Of a stretch of DNA of 64,000 bases, positions 8,533 to 17,791 are shown in pieces. Positions within the stretch are counted from its first letter, which is position 1; every line of letters begins with the position of its first letter. The notes below the pieces were generated by a model, which ran no database searches, had not been told where the DNA came from, and saw only the letters and a program-made list of their open reading frames with translations. The stretch is from an uncultured Gammaproteobacteria bacterium (GTDB lineage Bacteria > Patescibacteriota > Patescibacteriia > Magasanikbacterales > UBA922), in assembly GCA_965231005.1 (NCBI GenBank), contig OZ246405.1, positions 610,709 through 674,708 of the forward strand. The letters are read 5' to 3'. The translations under genes were made by a program, and so were the position numbers.

Positions 8533-8929
8533 TGGAGATGCCGGGAATTGAACCCGGGTCTAGACGGGTTAGCGTCATAATCTACATGCATAGCTGCTTT
8601 GTTGTTTCATATGATGCTAAAAAAGCAACAAAATAACATCATACTAAGCCTGAATTACTTCAGACAGCATTGTCAGGCAACAATGTTGTCCTACACTCGA
8701 AAAGTTGAGACCGCCGATCCACTATCGAGTATTATGGGGGCGATCGCCGTGGCACTTAAGCTACAGCAGTTGCGAGTGCTGGAGTGCTGAATGCGTTAGC
8801 AATAGCGCTCTTTACTCGATTGACTAAGTTTGCACTTATGTCTTGCCTTTGGGTATTTACGAGAACAAAGACATTCTCGACATGCATATGTACGATAACA
8901 AGATCCATCTATCGAATCCTGTCATCCCC
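8533..8929 (-). ncRNA. ssrA: tmRNA (ssrA), one-piece, with predicted tag ANLVNRVKSAIANAFSTPALATAVA
   Basis: Minus-strand 5' end GGGGATGACAGGATTCGATAG resembles the tmRNA 5' consensus. The 3' end GACCCGGGTTCAATTCCCGGCATCTCCA is a tRNA-like T-arm/acceptor. Resume context AUAAGU GCA AAC resembles E. coli AUAGUC GCA AAC. The tag ends Ala-Val-Ala-TAA (8833..8756). It lies adjacent to smpB. Confidence 0.75.
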
Positions 8930-9047
8930 TTAAAAGTGATGTTTGTAGAACACCACCGGAGCGTCACGTAAAATCCCGACGTTGTCGGGATCACATGACG
9001 AATCGGTGAAGTTCCAATCGTGCCATTTTCACAGAGATTTGTATCTT

Positions 9048-9069
9048 ACCTGCCTGCCGGCAGGCAGGT
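9048..9069. repeat. Perfect 22-bp GC-rich palindrome acctgcctgccggcaggcaggt between smpB and ssrA
   Basis: Self-complementary sequence. A related core gcctgcctgccggcagg recurs at 34777-34793. Confidence 0.5.
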
Positions 9070-9079
9070 GTCTTTCTAT

Positions 9080-9529
9080 TTATGATATTTCCTTTATAGA
9101 TCTTTGTGCCTCTCGTTCAATATCTCTTCTTTTCTTTGTTTCTTTTTTGTCATACTTCTTTTTTCCTTTTCCTACACCAATTTCAACCTTTATCCGGCGG
9201 CCCTTAGTATATACTGAAAGTGGGACGATTGTCAAGCCCTTTTCCTGCGATTTTCCTTGTAAATAAGCGATTTGTTTGGCTTTTAAGAGTAATTTTCTGC
9301 TTTTTGTAGGATCGTAAGAATCAAGGTTTCCAGCATTTTTATACTTGCTAATATGTGCATTTGTAAGCAATGCTTCATTCTTATGAAAGGTGACAAAGGC
9401 TCCTTTTAGGTTTATTTGTCCATTTCGTACTGATTTTACTTCTGCTCCAGACAATACTAAGCCAGCCTCAAGTGTATCAAGGATGTCATAATCAAATAGC
9501 GCTTTTTTGTTCTTTGCGTACGTTGGCAT
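9080..9529 (-). CDS. smpB: SsrA-binding protein SmpB
   Basis: KKALFDYDILDTLEAGLVLSGAEVKSVRNGQINLKGAFV...GKGKKKYDKKE matches SmpB. Confidence 0.9.
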   Translation of the reverse strand: MPTYAKNKKALFDYDILDTLEAGLVLSGAEVKSVRNGQINLKGAFVTFHKNEALLTNAHISKYKNAGNLDSYDPTKSRKLLLKAKQIAYLQGKSQEKGLTIVPLSVYTKGRRIKVEIGVGKGKKKYDKKETKKRRDIEREAQRSIKEIS

Positions 9530-9546
9530 ATGTTACGTTATAATCA

Positions 9547-10644
9547 TTGTACTACGAAAGATCTTTAGTGTATACTAAAATTGCTCTAATTTCAAGCCTT
9601 ATGCAAGAGGTCAAATTTACGATTAGCACAAAATCCTTATTTAAAATATTGGGTTTTATTTTATTTGTTTATGTAATTTATCTTATTTGGAATATTCTTT
9701 TACTGCTTTTCATCGCATTGATTCTTGCAGCACTTATAGATCCATTTGCAAGTTGGTTTCAAAAAAGAAAGATTCCTCGTTCCTTAGCAGTATTGATTAT
9801 CTATATAGTCGTCTTTGGATTAGTCAGTTTATCAATAATAGTAATTTCTCCTGTTGTCGTGCAGGACGCTCCGCAACTTGCTGACAATGTGATGAAGCTT
9901 GTTGAAGATTTACAACAAAATCCAACCATACAAAGTATTTGGGCAGGAGCACAAAATATTCCGCAAGCACTTGGTTTTGAAAACCAATCAAGTGCGCAAG
10001 TAGTAACAACACCTTCTACTGTTGCTCCAACAATTTCTGGTGTATTTTCAACAGTCTCAGGATTTTTTGGTGGGGTTTTTTCTGTTGTTCTTGTGCTTGT
10101 TATGACATTTTATATGGTGGCACAAGAAGATCCACTTAAAAAAATATTTCGAAATGTTGTTCCAGATGAATACGTTCCATATCTGACACAACTATTTAAA
10201 AAAATGCGTGACAAACTTGGAGCCTGGATGCGTGGACAAATTGTATTGAGTCTTATTATGGCAGCGCTTGTGTTTGTCGGTTTGGTTCTTTTAGATGTAC
10301 GATATGCAGCCGTACTTGCTCTTCTTGCAGCATTAACAGAATTTGTTCCATATCTTGGGCCAGTTTTTTCTGGATTACCAGCCCTCTTGCTTGCTTTCTC
10401 AGATGGTGGTATGGTGAAGTTCGCTATGGTACTGGTCATGTATGTTATTATTCATCAGTTTGAAAATCATGTCCTTGTTCCAAAGGTAATGCAACGGGCT
10501 GTTGGCCTGAATCCAATAGTCAGTATCACAGCTCTTTTAATAGGTGCACAGCTTGCTGGTTTTGTTGGAGTGCTTTTGGCAATTCCAGTTGCTACGGCTG
10601 GAAGTGTCTTTTTAAAAGATATATTTAGAAAACAAAAGGGATAA
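9547..10644 (+). CDS. AI-2E family (PerM/UPF0118) transporter; the true start may be the Met at 9601
   Basis: Multi-pass membrane protein. The FVPYLGPVFSGLPALLLAF and QFENHVLVPKVM motifs are typical of the AI-2E family. Confidence 0.7.
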   Translation: MYYERSLVYTKIALISSLMQEVKFTISTKSLFKILGFILFVYVIYLIWNILLLLFIALILAALIDPFASWFQKRKIPRSLAVLIIYIVVFGLVSLSIIVISPVVVQDAPQLADNVMKLVEDLQQNPTIQSIWAGAQNIPQALGFENQSSAQVVTTPSTVAPTISGVFSTVSGFFGGVFSVVLVLVMTFYMVAQEDPLKKIFRNVVPDEYVPYLTQLFKKMRDKLGAWMRGQIVLSLIMAALVFVGLVLLDVRYAAVLALLAALTEFVPYLGPVFSGLPALLLAFSDGGMVKFAMVLVMYVIIHQFENHVLVPKVMQRAVGLNPIVSITALLIGAQLAGFVGVLLAIPVATAGSVFLKDIFRKQKG

Positions 10645-10648
10645 TTGC

Positions 10649-11416
10649 ATGGCAAATATTGTACATAGATCAATTGGTGTAGGAGTAGGAATATTTACTG
10701 TTCTTGCACTATTTCTTATTGTGAAGTTCCCAATTTGGTGGGTTCTTCTTTTAGTATTTATCATTTGGTTACTTATTATTCGTGGTTTCCAACATATCTT
10801 AAGAAAAATTATTTTTAGAAAGGATATCCAAATTCTCACGGTAGTAACCATGCTTGCCTTTATTGGTCTTCTTTTATTTGTTGAATGGAATTTGTTGCGA
10901 TCACTTTTGGTATTGCTTGGTGGAACAGTCATTGCGTTATTGCATTCATGGTCTGTCCCTTCCAGTGGATATACAACACATATAGAAAAGTCATACAGGC
11001 GAATTTTAATGATGCTTTGGGTGTTTGACACATATGGTATTCTTACAACATTGTTTGCTATAGATGTGTTTTTCCAAGGCTTTTCGTTTTGGCTTCTTAG
11101 TATTTTTTCAGGAGCATTATTTGCATTTGTGTCTTTTATGATTTGGAGAATGTATTATGATATTAGTTTTCGTCGAGCAACTATTTGGATGTCGTGTATT
11201 GGATTTATAGGAATTGAGCTGGTGTGGGTATTCCGATTGCTCCCGCTTGGATACACTGCCCTTGGACTATTTGTAACGTGGATATGGTATATTGTACAAC
11301 TCTTGTTTCGTTTTCATTTTAGTAAGGCAGGCGTGCAATGGAAACGACAAAGAATATTCCTTGGAGTTAATTTAATATTGTTTGTGGCACTTATGTTTGT
11401 TGTCTCATGGATTTAA
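10649..11416 (+). CDS. Hypothetical polytopic membrane protein
   Basis: 255-aa ORF with about 6 hydrophobic helices. Confidence 0.45.
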   Translation: MANIVHRSIGVGVGIFTVLALFLIVKFPIWWVLLLVFIIWLLIIRGFQHILRKIIFRKDIQILTVVTMLAFIGLLLFVEWNLLRSLLVLLGGTVIALLHSWSVPSSGYTTHIEKSYRRILMMLWVFDTYGILTTLFAIDVFFQGFSFWLLSIFSGALFAFVSFMIWRMYYDISFRRATIWMSCIGFIGIELVWVFRLLPLGYTALGLFVTWIWYIVQLLFRFHFSKAGVQWKRQRIFLGVNLILFVALMFVVSWI

Positions 11417-11636
11417 AACAATTAACAACTAACAATTATCAATTACCAACTTAGTATAGGGTGTTTTTGGCAGAAAGGAATTAGTTATTAGTTACTAGTT
11501 ACTAGTTATTAGCTAACTAAGTCTAGATCTTTCTTGTATTGACTATTAACTATTAGCTAATAGCTAGTAATACCATTCTCAATATAAAGAGTCTTTCTGT
11601 ACTATTTTGCTAATTGTTAATTGCTAATTGTTAATT
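11417..11636. repeat. ~220-bp palindromic AT-rich intergenic element (copy 2 of the element at 3705-3903)
   Basis: Its start (caattaacaactaacaattatcaattaccaacttagtataggg) is the reverse complement of the end of copy 1. Same core ttagttattagttactagttactagttattagctaa. Ends in gctaattgttaattgctaattgttaattATG. Confidence 0.6.
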
Positions 11637-12701
11637 ATGAATGAATCACCACATCTTCCACCAAAAACCTGTCATGTTTCTTGGTATAGCCGTGTACAGT
11701 CCTTGCCAGGATTTTTTATTATTCTAGTAATTGCTGTTATTGCTGGTGCAAGTGCTGCACTCATTGCAACCAGTTGGATGCTTCCATCATTCCTCCCAGA
11801 GGAATCAGTTCGTGTTTACAATAAAGATGTGTTAAAAGACAAACAGATTGTTGATCCATTTATTGTAAGGCATGCAAACGAAAGAACAATTAAGATCTTT
11901 GATAAAAGAAGAAAAGTAGGACAAACATTTTATTCAGATGATGCATTAATTTTAGAGACGTCACTTCTTAGTTCAGATGGATGGGCAGTTGGAGCATACC
12001 CTTCGTATCTTTCAGGAGAAGAATGGTCTTGGGAAGCTGTTGATAGTGAAGGAAATGTATATGATATTGAGAAAAAAATATTTGATAGAACAACAGGTCT
12101 TCTTTATATAAAATATGAGGGGAGTGGATTTAGAATTTTTTCTTTTTTCCAATGGGATAATTTTCCAGATCATTTATTTGTTTGGGGATTAAAAAATAAA
12201 AGTGTCGCGCAAACATTTCTCCGAGATATAAAGAAAACAACTACAAATCGAATTTATTCCATTTCTGGGCAGCATTTTTTTTACAACACAGAATCATTTG
12301 TTAGTGGCGCAACTGTTCTTGATGAGCAGGGAGCACTTGTTGGGTTTGTAGGAAAGAATGGGAAAATTATTCCAAGTTTTTGGATAGAGAATCATCTCCC
12401 TGCAATTTTAAGTGGATCATCTATTAACCTAAAGGGGTTGCCTGTAACTGGTTCTTATATAGATGTTGGTTTACAAGATAAAGAAAATCAACGAACAGGC
12501 GATATAAGCGGTTTTTATGTCAGCCATAGAGGCTCTACACCACTAAGAACTGGTGATGTGATTATTTCTATAAATGATAAGAACATCCATTCAGTATTTA
12601 CGCCGTATCACATATTAGATGCACCAGACGATTTCTCATTGTCAGTACTTCGTGGCGGTAAGGAAATTGAACTTTCTGTAGACAAGACTTTCCTAAGATA
12701 G
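11637..12701 (+). CDS. Membrane-anchored protein with a C-terminal PDZ domain
   Basis: N-terminal TM helix. The C-terminal LRTGDVIISINDKNIHS...LSVLRGGKEIELSV is a PDZ-like signature. Confidence 0.5.
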   Translation: MNESPHLPPKTCHVSWYSRVQSLPGFFIILVIAVIAGASAALIATSWMLPSFLPEESVRVYNKDVLKDKQIVDPFIVRHANERTIKIFDKRRKVGQTFYSDDALILETSLLSSDGWAVGAYPSYLSGEEWSWEAVDSEGNVYDIEKKIFDRTTGLLYIKYEGSGFRIFSFFQWDNFPDHLFVWGLKNKSVAQTFLRDIKKTTTNRIYSISGQHFFYNTESFVSGATVLDEQGALVGFVGKNGKIIPSFWIENHLPAILSGSSINLKGLPVTGSYIDVGLQDKENQRTGDISGFYVSHRGSTPLRTGDVIISINDKNIHSVFTPYHILDAPDDFSLSVLRGGKEIELSVDKTFLR

Positions 12702-12837
12702 GTCCTTCATTTAATTGGGGAAATCAGCTATACTATAGTTAATTAGTTAATTGGTTGACTAGCAAATTAGGCTATAAAATTTTTGCTTGAAAATTAATTG
12801 ACTAATTACCATTTTACAAATTAACAGATTAACCAAT

Positions 12838-13437
12838 ATGTTTCATCGTCCTTTGAGTAACATAACAAAACATTGGAAATTACTACTTCTCCTTGGTATT
12901 GCAACGGCACTTGTTGTATCGTTGATTACACTTATATTTCCTCGTGAATATCGTGCAGATGCAGACGTGCTGATTATTTCTAAATCAAGATATGGAGTTG
13001 ATCCGTACACTGTTGTAAAATCTGCAGAACGTATTGGTGAAAACGTTGCGCAGGTTATGCAAACAAATGATTTTTTTGAAAAAGTCATGAGTCAGCCAGG
13101 ATACTCTATAGACCAGGCTCGATTCCAATATATCCCTGAGCGGAAAAAAAGAAAAAGATGGAATAAAGCACTACAGCCATCAATCGTATATGGAACCGGT
13201 GTGTTACACATTAGTGCATATAGTTTACAACCAGACCAAGCAGCACAATTGGCTGGCGCAAGTGCAGACGCCTTGGTTACTCATGGTTGGGAATATGTTG
13301 GCGGTGATGTTTCAATGAAAATTGTAAATCCTCCTGTTGTAACACAGTGGCCAGTACGTCCAAATATTATTATGAATGGAATTGCTGCATTTTTCATTAG
13401 CATTGGTCTTATGGGAGCAGTCATTGCAAGAAAATAG
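12838..13437 (+). CDS. Wzz-like (polysaccharide chain-length determinant) bitopic protein, tentative
   Basis: N- and C-terminal TM helices. A Pro-rich segment (PPVVTQWPVRPN) lies before the second helix. Confidence 0.35.
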   Translation: MFHRPLSNITKHWKLLLLLGIATALVVSLITLIFPREYRADADVLIISKSRYGVDPYTVVKSAERIGENVAQVMQTNDFFEKVMSQPGYSIDQARFQYIPERKKRKRWNKALQPSIVYGTGVLHISAYSLQPDQAAQLAGASADALVTHGWEYVGGDVSMKIVNPPVVTQWPVRPNIIMNGIAAFFISIGLMGAVIARK

Positions 13438-13538
13438 TTTAGTTAAATGGTTGATTGGTTAATTAGTTGATTAGTAAGAAGAATCATTACAATATCCCCA
13501 ATAAACCAATTAACAAATACACAAATTAACCAGTACGT

Positions 13539-13865
13539 ATGTCGAAAAATCAAACTCCTTTTCTTGAAGAATTTATCATAAATGTTCTCGAAGAAAACGG
13601 CATTAAAGATTTAACTCAAGAACAAAAGAATGTATACATTCCAGAATTTTCTTTGCGTGTGTATAGAAGAATGGGGGACACGCTTATTTCAGAATTGGAC
13701 GACAAACAACTTGATCAACTTTCAGATTTACTCAGCGATCCAAAAGCAACGCCAGAAACATGGTATCAGTTTTGGCAAGCAAGCATTGATGATTTTACAA
13801 AGCAGTTTATGAATGTCCTTATGGAATTCAGATCTGATGTTAGTTCAGCATTGGTGGCAGCATAG
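13539..13865 (+). CDS. Hypothetical protein
   Basis: 108-aa ORF. Confidence 0.35.
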   Translation: MSKNQTPFLEEFIINVLEENGIKDLTQEQKNVYIPEFSLRVYRRMGDTLISELDDKQLDQLSDLLSDPKATPETWYQFWQASIDDFTKQFMNVLMEFRSDVSSALVAA

Positions 13866-13869
13866 ATAT

Positions 13870-14067
13870 ATGTCCACAACAGTTCATCCAAAAGATAAAG
13901 ATACTAACAAACGTAATAAACGTTTGAATATTTTGATTGATGAATTACACAAAGAATTACGAGCAGTCCAAAAAGATGCGATTAGTCTCAGAATGAGTGC
14001 ACAAAAAGTTGTAGACAAGCAAAACATGAAGCACGTATTAGAGAAATTATTAGACAATGGTTCATAG
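13870..14067 (+). CDS. Small hypothetical protein (start placed after the upstream stop)
   Basis: Frame MSTTVHPKDKDTNKRNKR... follows the upstream stop. The ORF-track 13813 start overlaps the previous gene. Confidence 0.3.
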   Translation: MSTTVHPKDKDTNKRNKRLNILIDELHKELRAVQKDAISLRMSAQKVVDKQNMKHVLEKLLDNGS

Positions 14068-17000
14068 AATCATTCTTTTAACTATGAGTCCAGATGCAAA
14101 CAATGTAGTCGAGTTATTTCCTGAAAATGAATATGGTCCTGATCGAGGACCTGTTAGTGATGAACAAAAAGAAGCCAATCGTAAGGCAAAAGGTGAGCTT
14201 GGTGATATTTTGAGAAAACTAGAAGATCTCCAATCATTGCGCGATAAAGTTGAAACAACACTTATTGAAGATGTTGAAGCACTTATTCAGCATATTAATA
14301 ATAAGGAATATCACGATGAAGTTGTTGTTCAAGTAAAAGAACTTCGAGAAAAACTCGACGAAATTAATAAAAAAATGGAAGGGGTTTCAAAGTCGATTGA
14401 AACACGAGAAGTGCGAAAGCAACGAGAGAGTTTTGAGTTTACAGTGTCAGATGTTCTTGATGTCGTCGGAAGAGATAAGCTGCGAAATATTATGGTTCAT
14501 TTTCCTGATATGAATGCAGGCGAGCGGCAGCAGGTGTTTACAGGACTTTTTGATCACCTGGATGAAGAACAATCCAAAAATTTAAATAGAGTAAGAAGAA
14601 AAAAAGCGTTCGAGGTGTTTGAACCTTTTTTTCAAACTGCAAAACAAAAAAAAGCATTGGACGAAGCAAAGCGCGCACCAAATGATCAAGTGAGAGTGAA
14701 ACTATTTGAAGCAGCAGGGCTTATTGAAGATGAGACTGACAGAGAAAACGTGCTTCATACACTTTCAGAAATTTCTTTTTCTGATGATGACAATAAAGCA
14801 TTTATTAAAACATGGAAAGATAATATGGCCTTGCAAGCGCTTGATTCTGTTGAGTTTTATGAATATGGTGCTGCAGAGCAAAAAGTATTAGAACTTGCAG
14901 CTATAGAGGCAAAAAAAGGAAAAAAGAAAAAGAAATATAAACAAACCAGTCTAAAACAAAAGTTTGTAAATCTTGGAAAAGGAATAAAAAATTTGGCAGT
15001 TGCAGCTGGACAGCATGTTAAAAAAGAGTGGTGGGCTATGGCTCCAGCTGCGACATTGGGTCTTGTTGCAAGACACGCTGCATTGTCAACAACTCCTGAT
15101 TTTTATGCAAAGGCACTTGAATTAACAGGGGATGAATCTCAGTCTGCATTTTTAGCAGCTGGTGGTGCAGCAGCACTTGGGACATATGCACTTGCAGAAC
15201 ATGGGATTCGAGCATTGAAAACTCGTCTTTCCGTAAAGCCTGACAAAGCATTTGCAGAAGTTTCTGGTTTGGCAAAAGACATGTACGTCTCTGATCAGAA
15301 AAAGGGTGGAGAATGGGTCCTTGCAGGACATATTAGTCATATATTGCAACATGGAGGAAAAGAAGGACAGCAAACACATGAACGGCATGTAGAAGTCCTC
15401 AAAGTAATTGCAAAAGAATTGAGAAAAAATGGAGAAAAAGTTGAAGCAAATAGTGAGTTTATGAAAGCAGCACTACTTGCTATTGATGTAAAGGATAGAA
15501 AACGTGGTGGACAGTCAATTCTTTCAGAAAAATACCAGTCTCTTGGATTTATTCGTCGGACTATTGCAGAGGTTCGCGATCAATTTTATACAAAAAAGTG
15601 GAAAGACATTGGTGTTGGTGGTTCTGCGTTACAATGGATGTCCGGTGCTGCATTACATACATTACACAAAGGCTTGATTGGTGGAACAATTGCATGGCCA
15701 ATGCAGCGACCAGAAATTTTTGGTTTGTTTAGTGAGCGATTGGCAGCACGCTTTGGTGCAGCTGCAGTACCTGGCTGGTTACAAGAATTAGCAACAAAAA
15801 GAGGGGAACAAAAAGAAGATAAATGGGAAATTGAGAGAAAACGTCTTGAAAAAGCAGTAAGTCCTGAAGCATATGGAAAATTAACTTTATATAAAGCAAC
15901 AAAAGTTTCAGAAGATCAATTGTTAGATATTCAAAGAGAAATCACAGAATTGAATTATTACATTAGCACCTGGAGTGATGTAAGCTCTCTCTCATCAGAT
16001 GGGAATAAATTAAAGCGTGCTGGAAGAAAAATTACAACCAATGTGCGTAAACAATTTCAAAGTGATTTGCTCGATGTGTGGCCACGGTATAAAACTGCTG
16101 CACTTGGTTTGCATCAAGAATATGAACGACTATATGAAGAAAAAAGACAGGAACTGATTGAAAAACAGTTAGCAAAAGTTTCCAAAAGTTTGTCAGAGGC
16201 AGGCAAAACAAAGCAAAGAGAAAAAATGCAAGAAGCCTTGCCGGAAAAATTGAAGAAACGAGAGAAAAAGAGAAATAAGAATATTCCGAAAAAGACATTT
16301 GACATGAAATTGCCAGATGAAAAAACACCAACAGAGCGATTGTTAGGAAATTCAAAAGTTGAGGTTGCTGATAGAAGAAAAACATTAGTACAAGGGTTGA
16401 AAATGGGAATGCTTGCTGCAGCATTTGGAAAGGCATTTGATATGGCACGAGTTCATTTTCCACATATTTTTGATAGACCACCAGAAGTCATTCCGCATGG
16501 CGCGTTTGCAGGTTGGGATGAAGATCCATTTATTGATCATGATCGGTATGACCAATATGGAAATGAAATTTTTCCAGACGATGCGTATCCGTCACAAGGA
16601 GAAGAAGCATCTCCGCCTGCTGAAACACCACAAGAACCAACTGTTCCAAAAAGAGATAGGACAAAAGAAGAAATTCGACGTCTTGCAGGTTTGGGTGGTC
16701 GTTCTGGTCGAGTTGAAGATATTCCAGTGCAGGGCGAAGACGCACTCGTGACAGAAAAAGACGAAGTTGCAAAAGGAACAGGACTTGATTCAAGTAAGGA
16801 TGGAAGTGCTGCACTCATTGGTGAACCAAAAGAACCAACATGGGAAGAAAAGATTGCAGAGCGTGGAAGTCCTGCAGAATCACTTTCAAAAACAGAACAG
16901 TACATGAAATATTTGATGAGAGAAGAACCTAAAAAATATTCAAAAGCAGATTTTAAATTATTTCAACACATGCAATCTATTTTGGAAAAACAAAATGAAT

Positions 17001-17332
17001 TTGTTGGAATTCGAGGAGTTCAATTGGATTCGTATCTCAGAGGAAAGGGGATAGATATGTCACTTCCTGAGGTGAGAGAACAATTTGAAAAAGTAGTCAC
17101 ACAGCACTATGATACTGTTCAAACATTTGAAAAGGGGATTATGCGTGGAAATACTATGAATACGCTAGAGAAGAAAATGAGAGAAATTATGCTTGGTTCA
17201 GAAGCTCTTAGCACAGATACTGATTTGTCTCGTTTTACTGGTTGGTTTGAAAGGGAAGTCCTTCCTCTATTCAAAAAGGCTGTTCATGCTGCTGAAGTCC
17301 GAAAGAGTAAGGCTGCTTTTCCACTAGAATAA
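14057..17332 (+). CDS. Large (1091 aa) hypothetical coiled-coil/charged protein
   Basis: Long ORF with no recognisable catalytic motifs. Many Lys/Glu-rich heptad-like stretches. Confidence 0.5.
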   Translation: MVHRIILLTMSPDANNVVELFPENEYGPDRGPVSDEQKEANRKAKGELGDILRKLEDLQSLRDKVETTLIEDVEALIQHINNKEYHDEVVVQVKELREKLDEINKKMEGVSKSIETREVRKQRESFEFTVSDVLDVVGRDKLRNIMVHFPDMNAGERQQVFTGLFDHLDEEQSKNLNRVRRKKAFEVFEPFFQTAKQKKALDEAKRAPNDQVRVKLFEAAGLIEDETDRENVLHTLSEISFSDDDNKAFIKTWKDNMALQALDSVEFYEYGAAEQKVLELAAIEAKKGKKKKKYKQTSLKQKFVNLGKGIKNLAVAAGQHVKKEWWAMAPAATLGLVARHAALSTTPDFYAKALELTGDESQSAFLAAGGAAALGTYALAEHGIRALKTRLSVKPDKAFAEVSGLAKDMYVSDQKKGGEWVLAGHISHILQHGGKEGQQTHERHVEVLKVIAKELRKNGEKVEANSEFMKAALLAIDVKDRKRGGQSILSEKYQSLGFIRRTIAEVRDQFYTKKWKDIGVGGSALQWMSGAALHTLHKGLIGGTIAWPMQRPEIFGLFSERLAARFGAAAVPGWLQELATKRGEQKEDKWEIERKRLEKAVSPEAYGKLTLYKATKVSEDQLLDIQREITELNYYISTWSDVSSLSSDGNKLKRAGRKITTNVRKQFQSDLLDVWPRYKTAALGLHQEYERLYEEKRQELIEKQLAKVSKSLSEAGKTKQREKMQEALPEKLKKREKKRNKNIPKKTFDMKLPDEKTPTERLLGNSKVEVADRRKTLVQGLKMGMLAAAFGKAFDMARVHFPHIFDRPPEVIPHGAFAGWDEDPFIDHDRYDQYGNEIFPDDAYPSQGEEASPPAETPQEPTVPKRDRTKEEIRRLAGLGGRSGRVEDIPVQGEDALVTEKDEVAKGTGLDSSKDGSAALIGEPKEPTWEEKIAERGSPAESLSKTEQYMKYLMREEPKKYSKADFKLFQHMQSILEKQNEFVGIRGVQLDSYLRGKGIDMSLPEVREQFEKVVTQHYDTVQTFEKGIMRGNTMNTLEKKMREIMLGSEALSTDTDLSRFTGWFEREVLPLFKKAVHAAEVRKSKAAFPLE

Positions 17333-17539
17333 AAAATTAGCCCTTTGACTCGTCACTTCGTTCCTCGCTAAGGACAAGCAAAAAACAAAGAACAAAAAAC
17401 AAGTATTTTAATTGGTATTATTCTTGAAAAAAATTACTAAAATGGCTTAAATAAGTCATTTTTTTCATTTCTTTATGTTTCTTACCTTTTTACTTTTTAG
17501 CATTTTCGCTTTTTTGCATTTTTAGTGATTGCAAAGTAC

Positions 17540-17568
17540 TTGACAAAATGGTAAAAATATGGTACAGT
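17540..17568 (+). promoter_or_regulatory. Sigma70-like promoter TTGACA-17-(TGg)TACAGT, copy 1 of a duplicated promoter cassette
   Basis: tacttgacaaaatggtaaaaatatggtacagtttgc matches 21721-21756 except for 2 nt. Confidence 0.55.
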
Positions 17569-17720
17569 TTGCTGTTTACAGTGCCCATATTGTGTATGAG
17601 CAGCATTTGTTGTGATCTCTTAGATTGTGACAGTTGCCAAGCAATATTTTTTCGCTGAAGTAAGCTAAAAAGTGCTGTAAAAAAATGCACATTACAAATA
17701 CATGATGCACCTATGTGTAT

Positions 17721-17776
17721 TGGATTAGTCAATCAATGGATATTCTTTTTGCTGTCTTTTGATTGACTAACCCAAT
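17721..17776 (+). promoter_or_regulatory. 18-nt-arm inverted repeat ATTGGaTTAGTCAATCAA-N21-TTGATTGACTAAcCCAAT abutting the SD of the first island gene
   Basis: Arms match with one mismatch. The SD aaggagg follows 2 nt later. Confidence 0.5.
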
Positions 17777-17791
17777 CAAGGAGGTGCAGTC

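Noticed and set aside
8531-8578. N-terminal extension of IF3 (MTLTRLDPGSIPGIST) in the ORF track
   Set aside because: This sequence is the tmRNA T-arm/acceptor (GACCCGGGTTCAATTCCCGG), so it is RNA and not coding. The infC start was moved to 8530.
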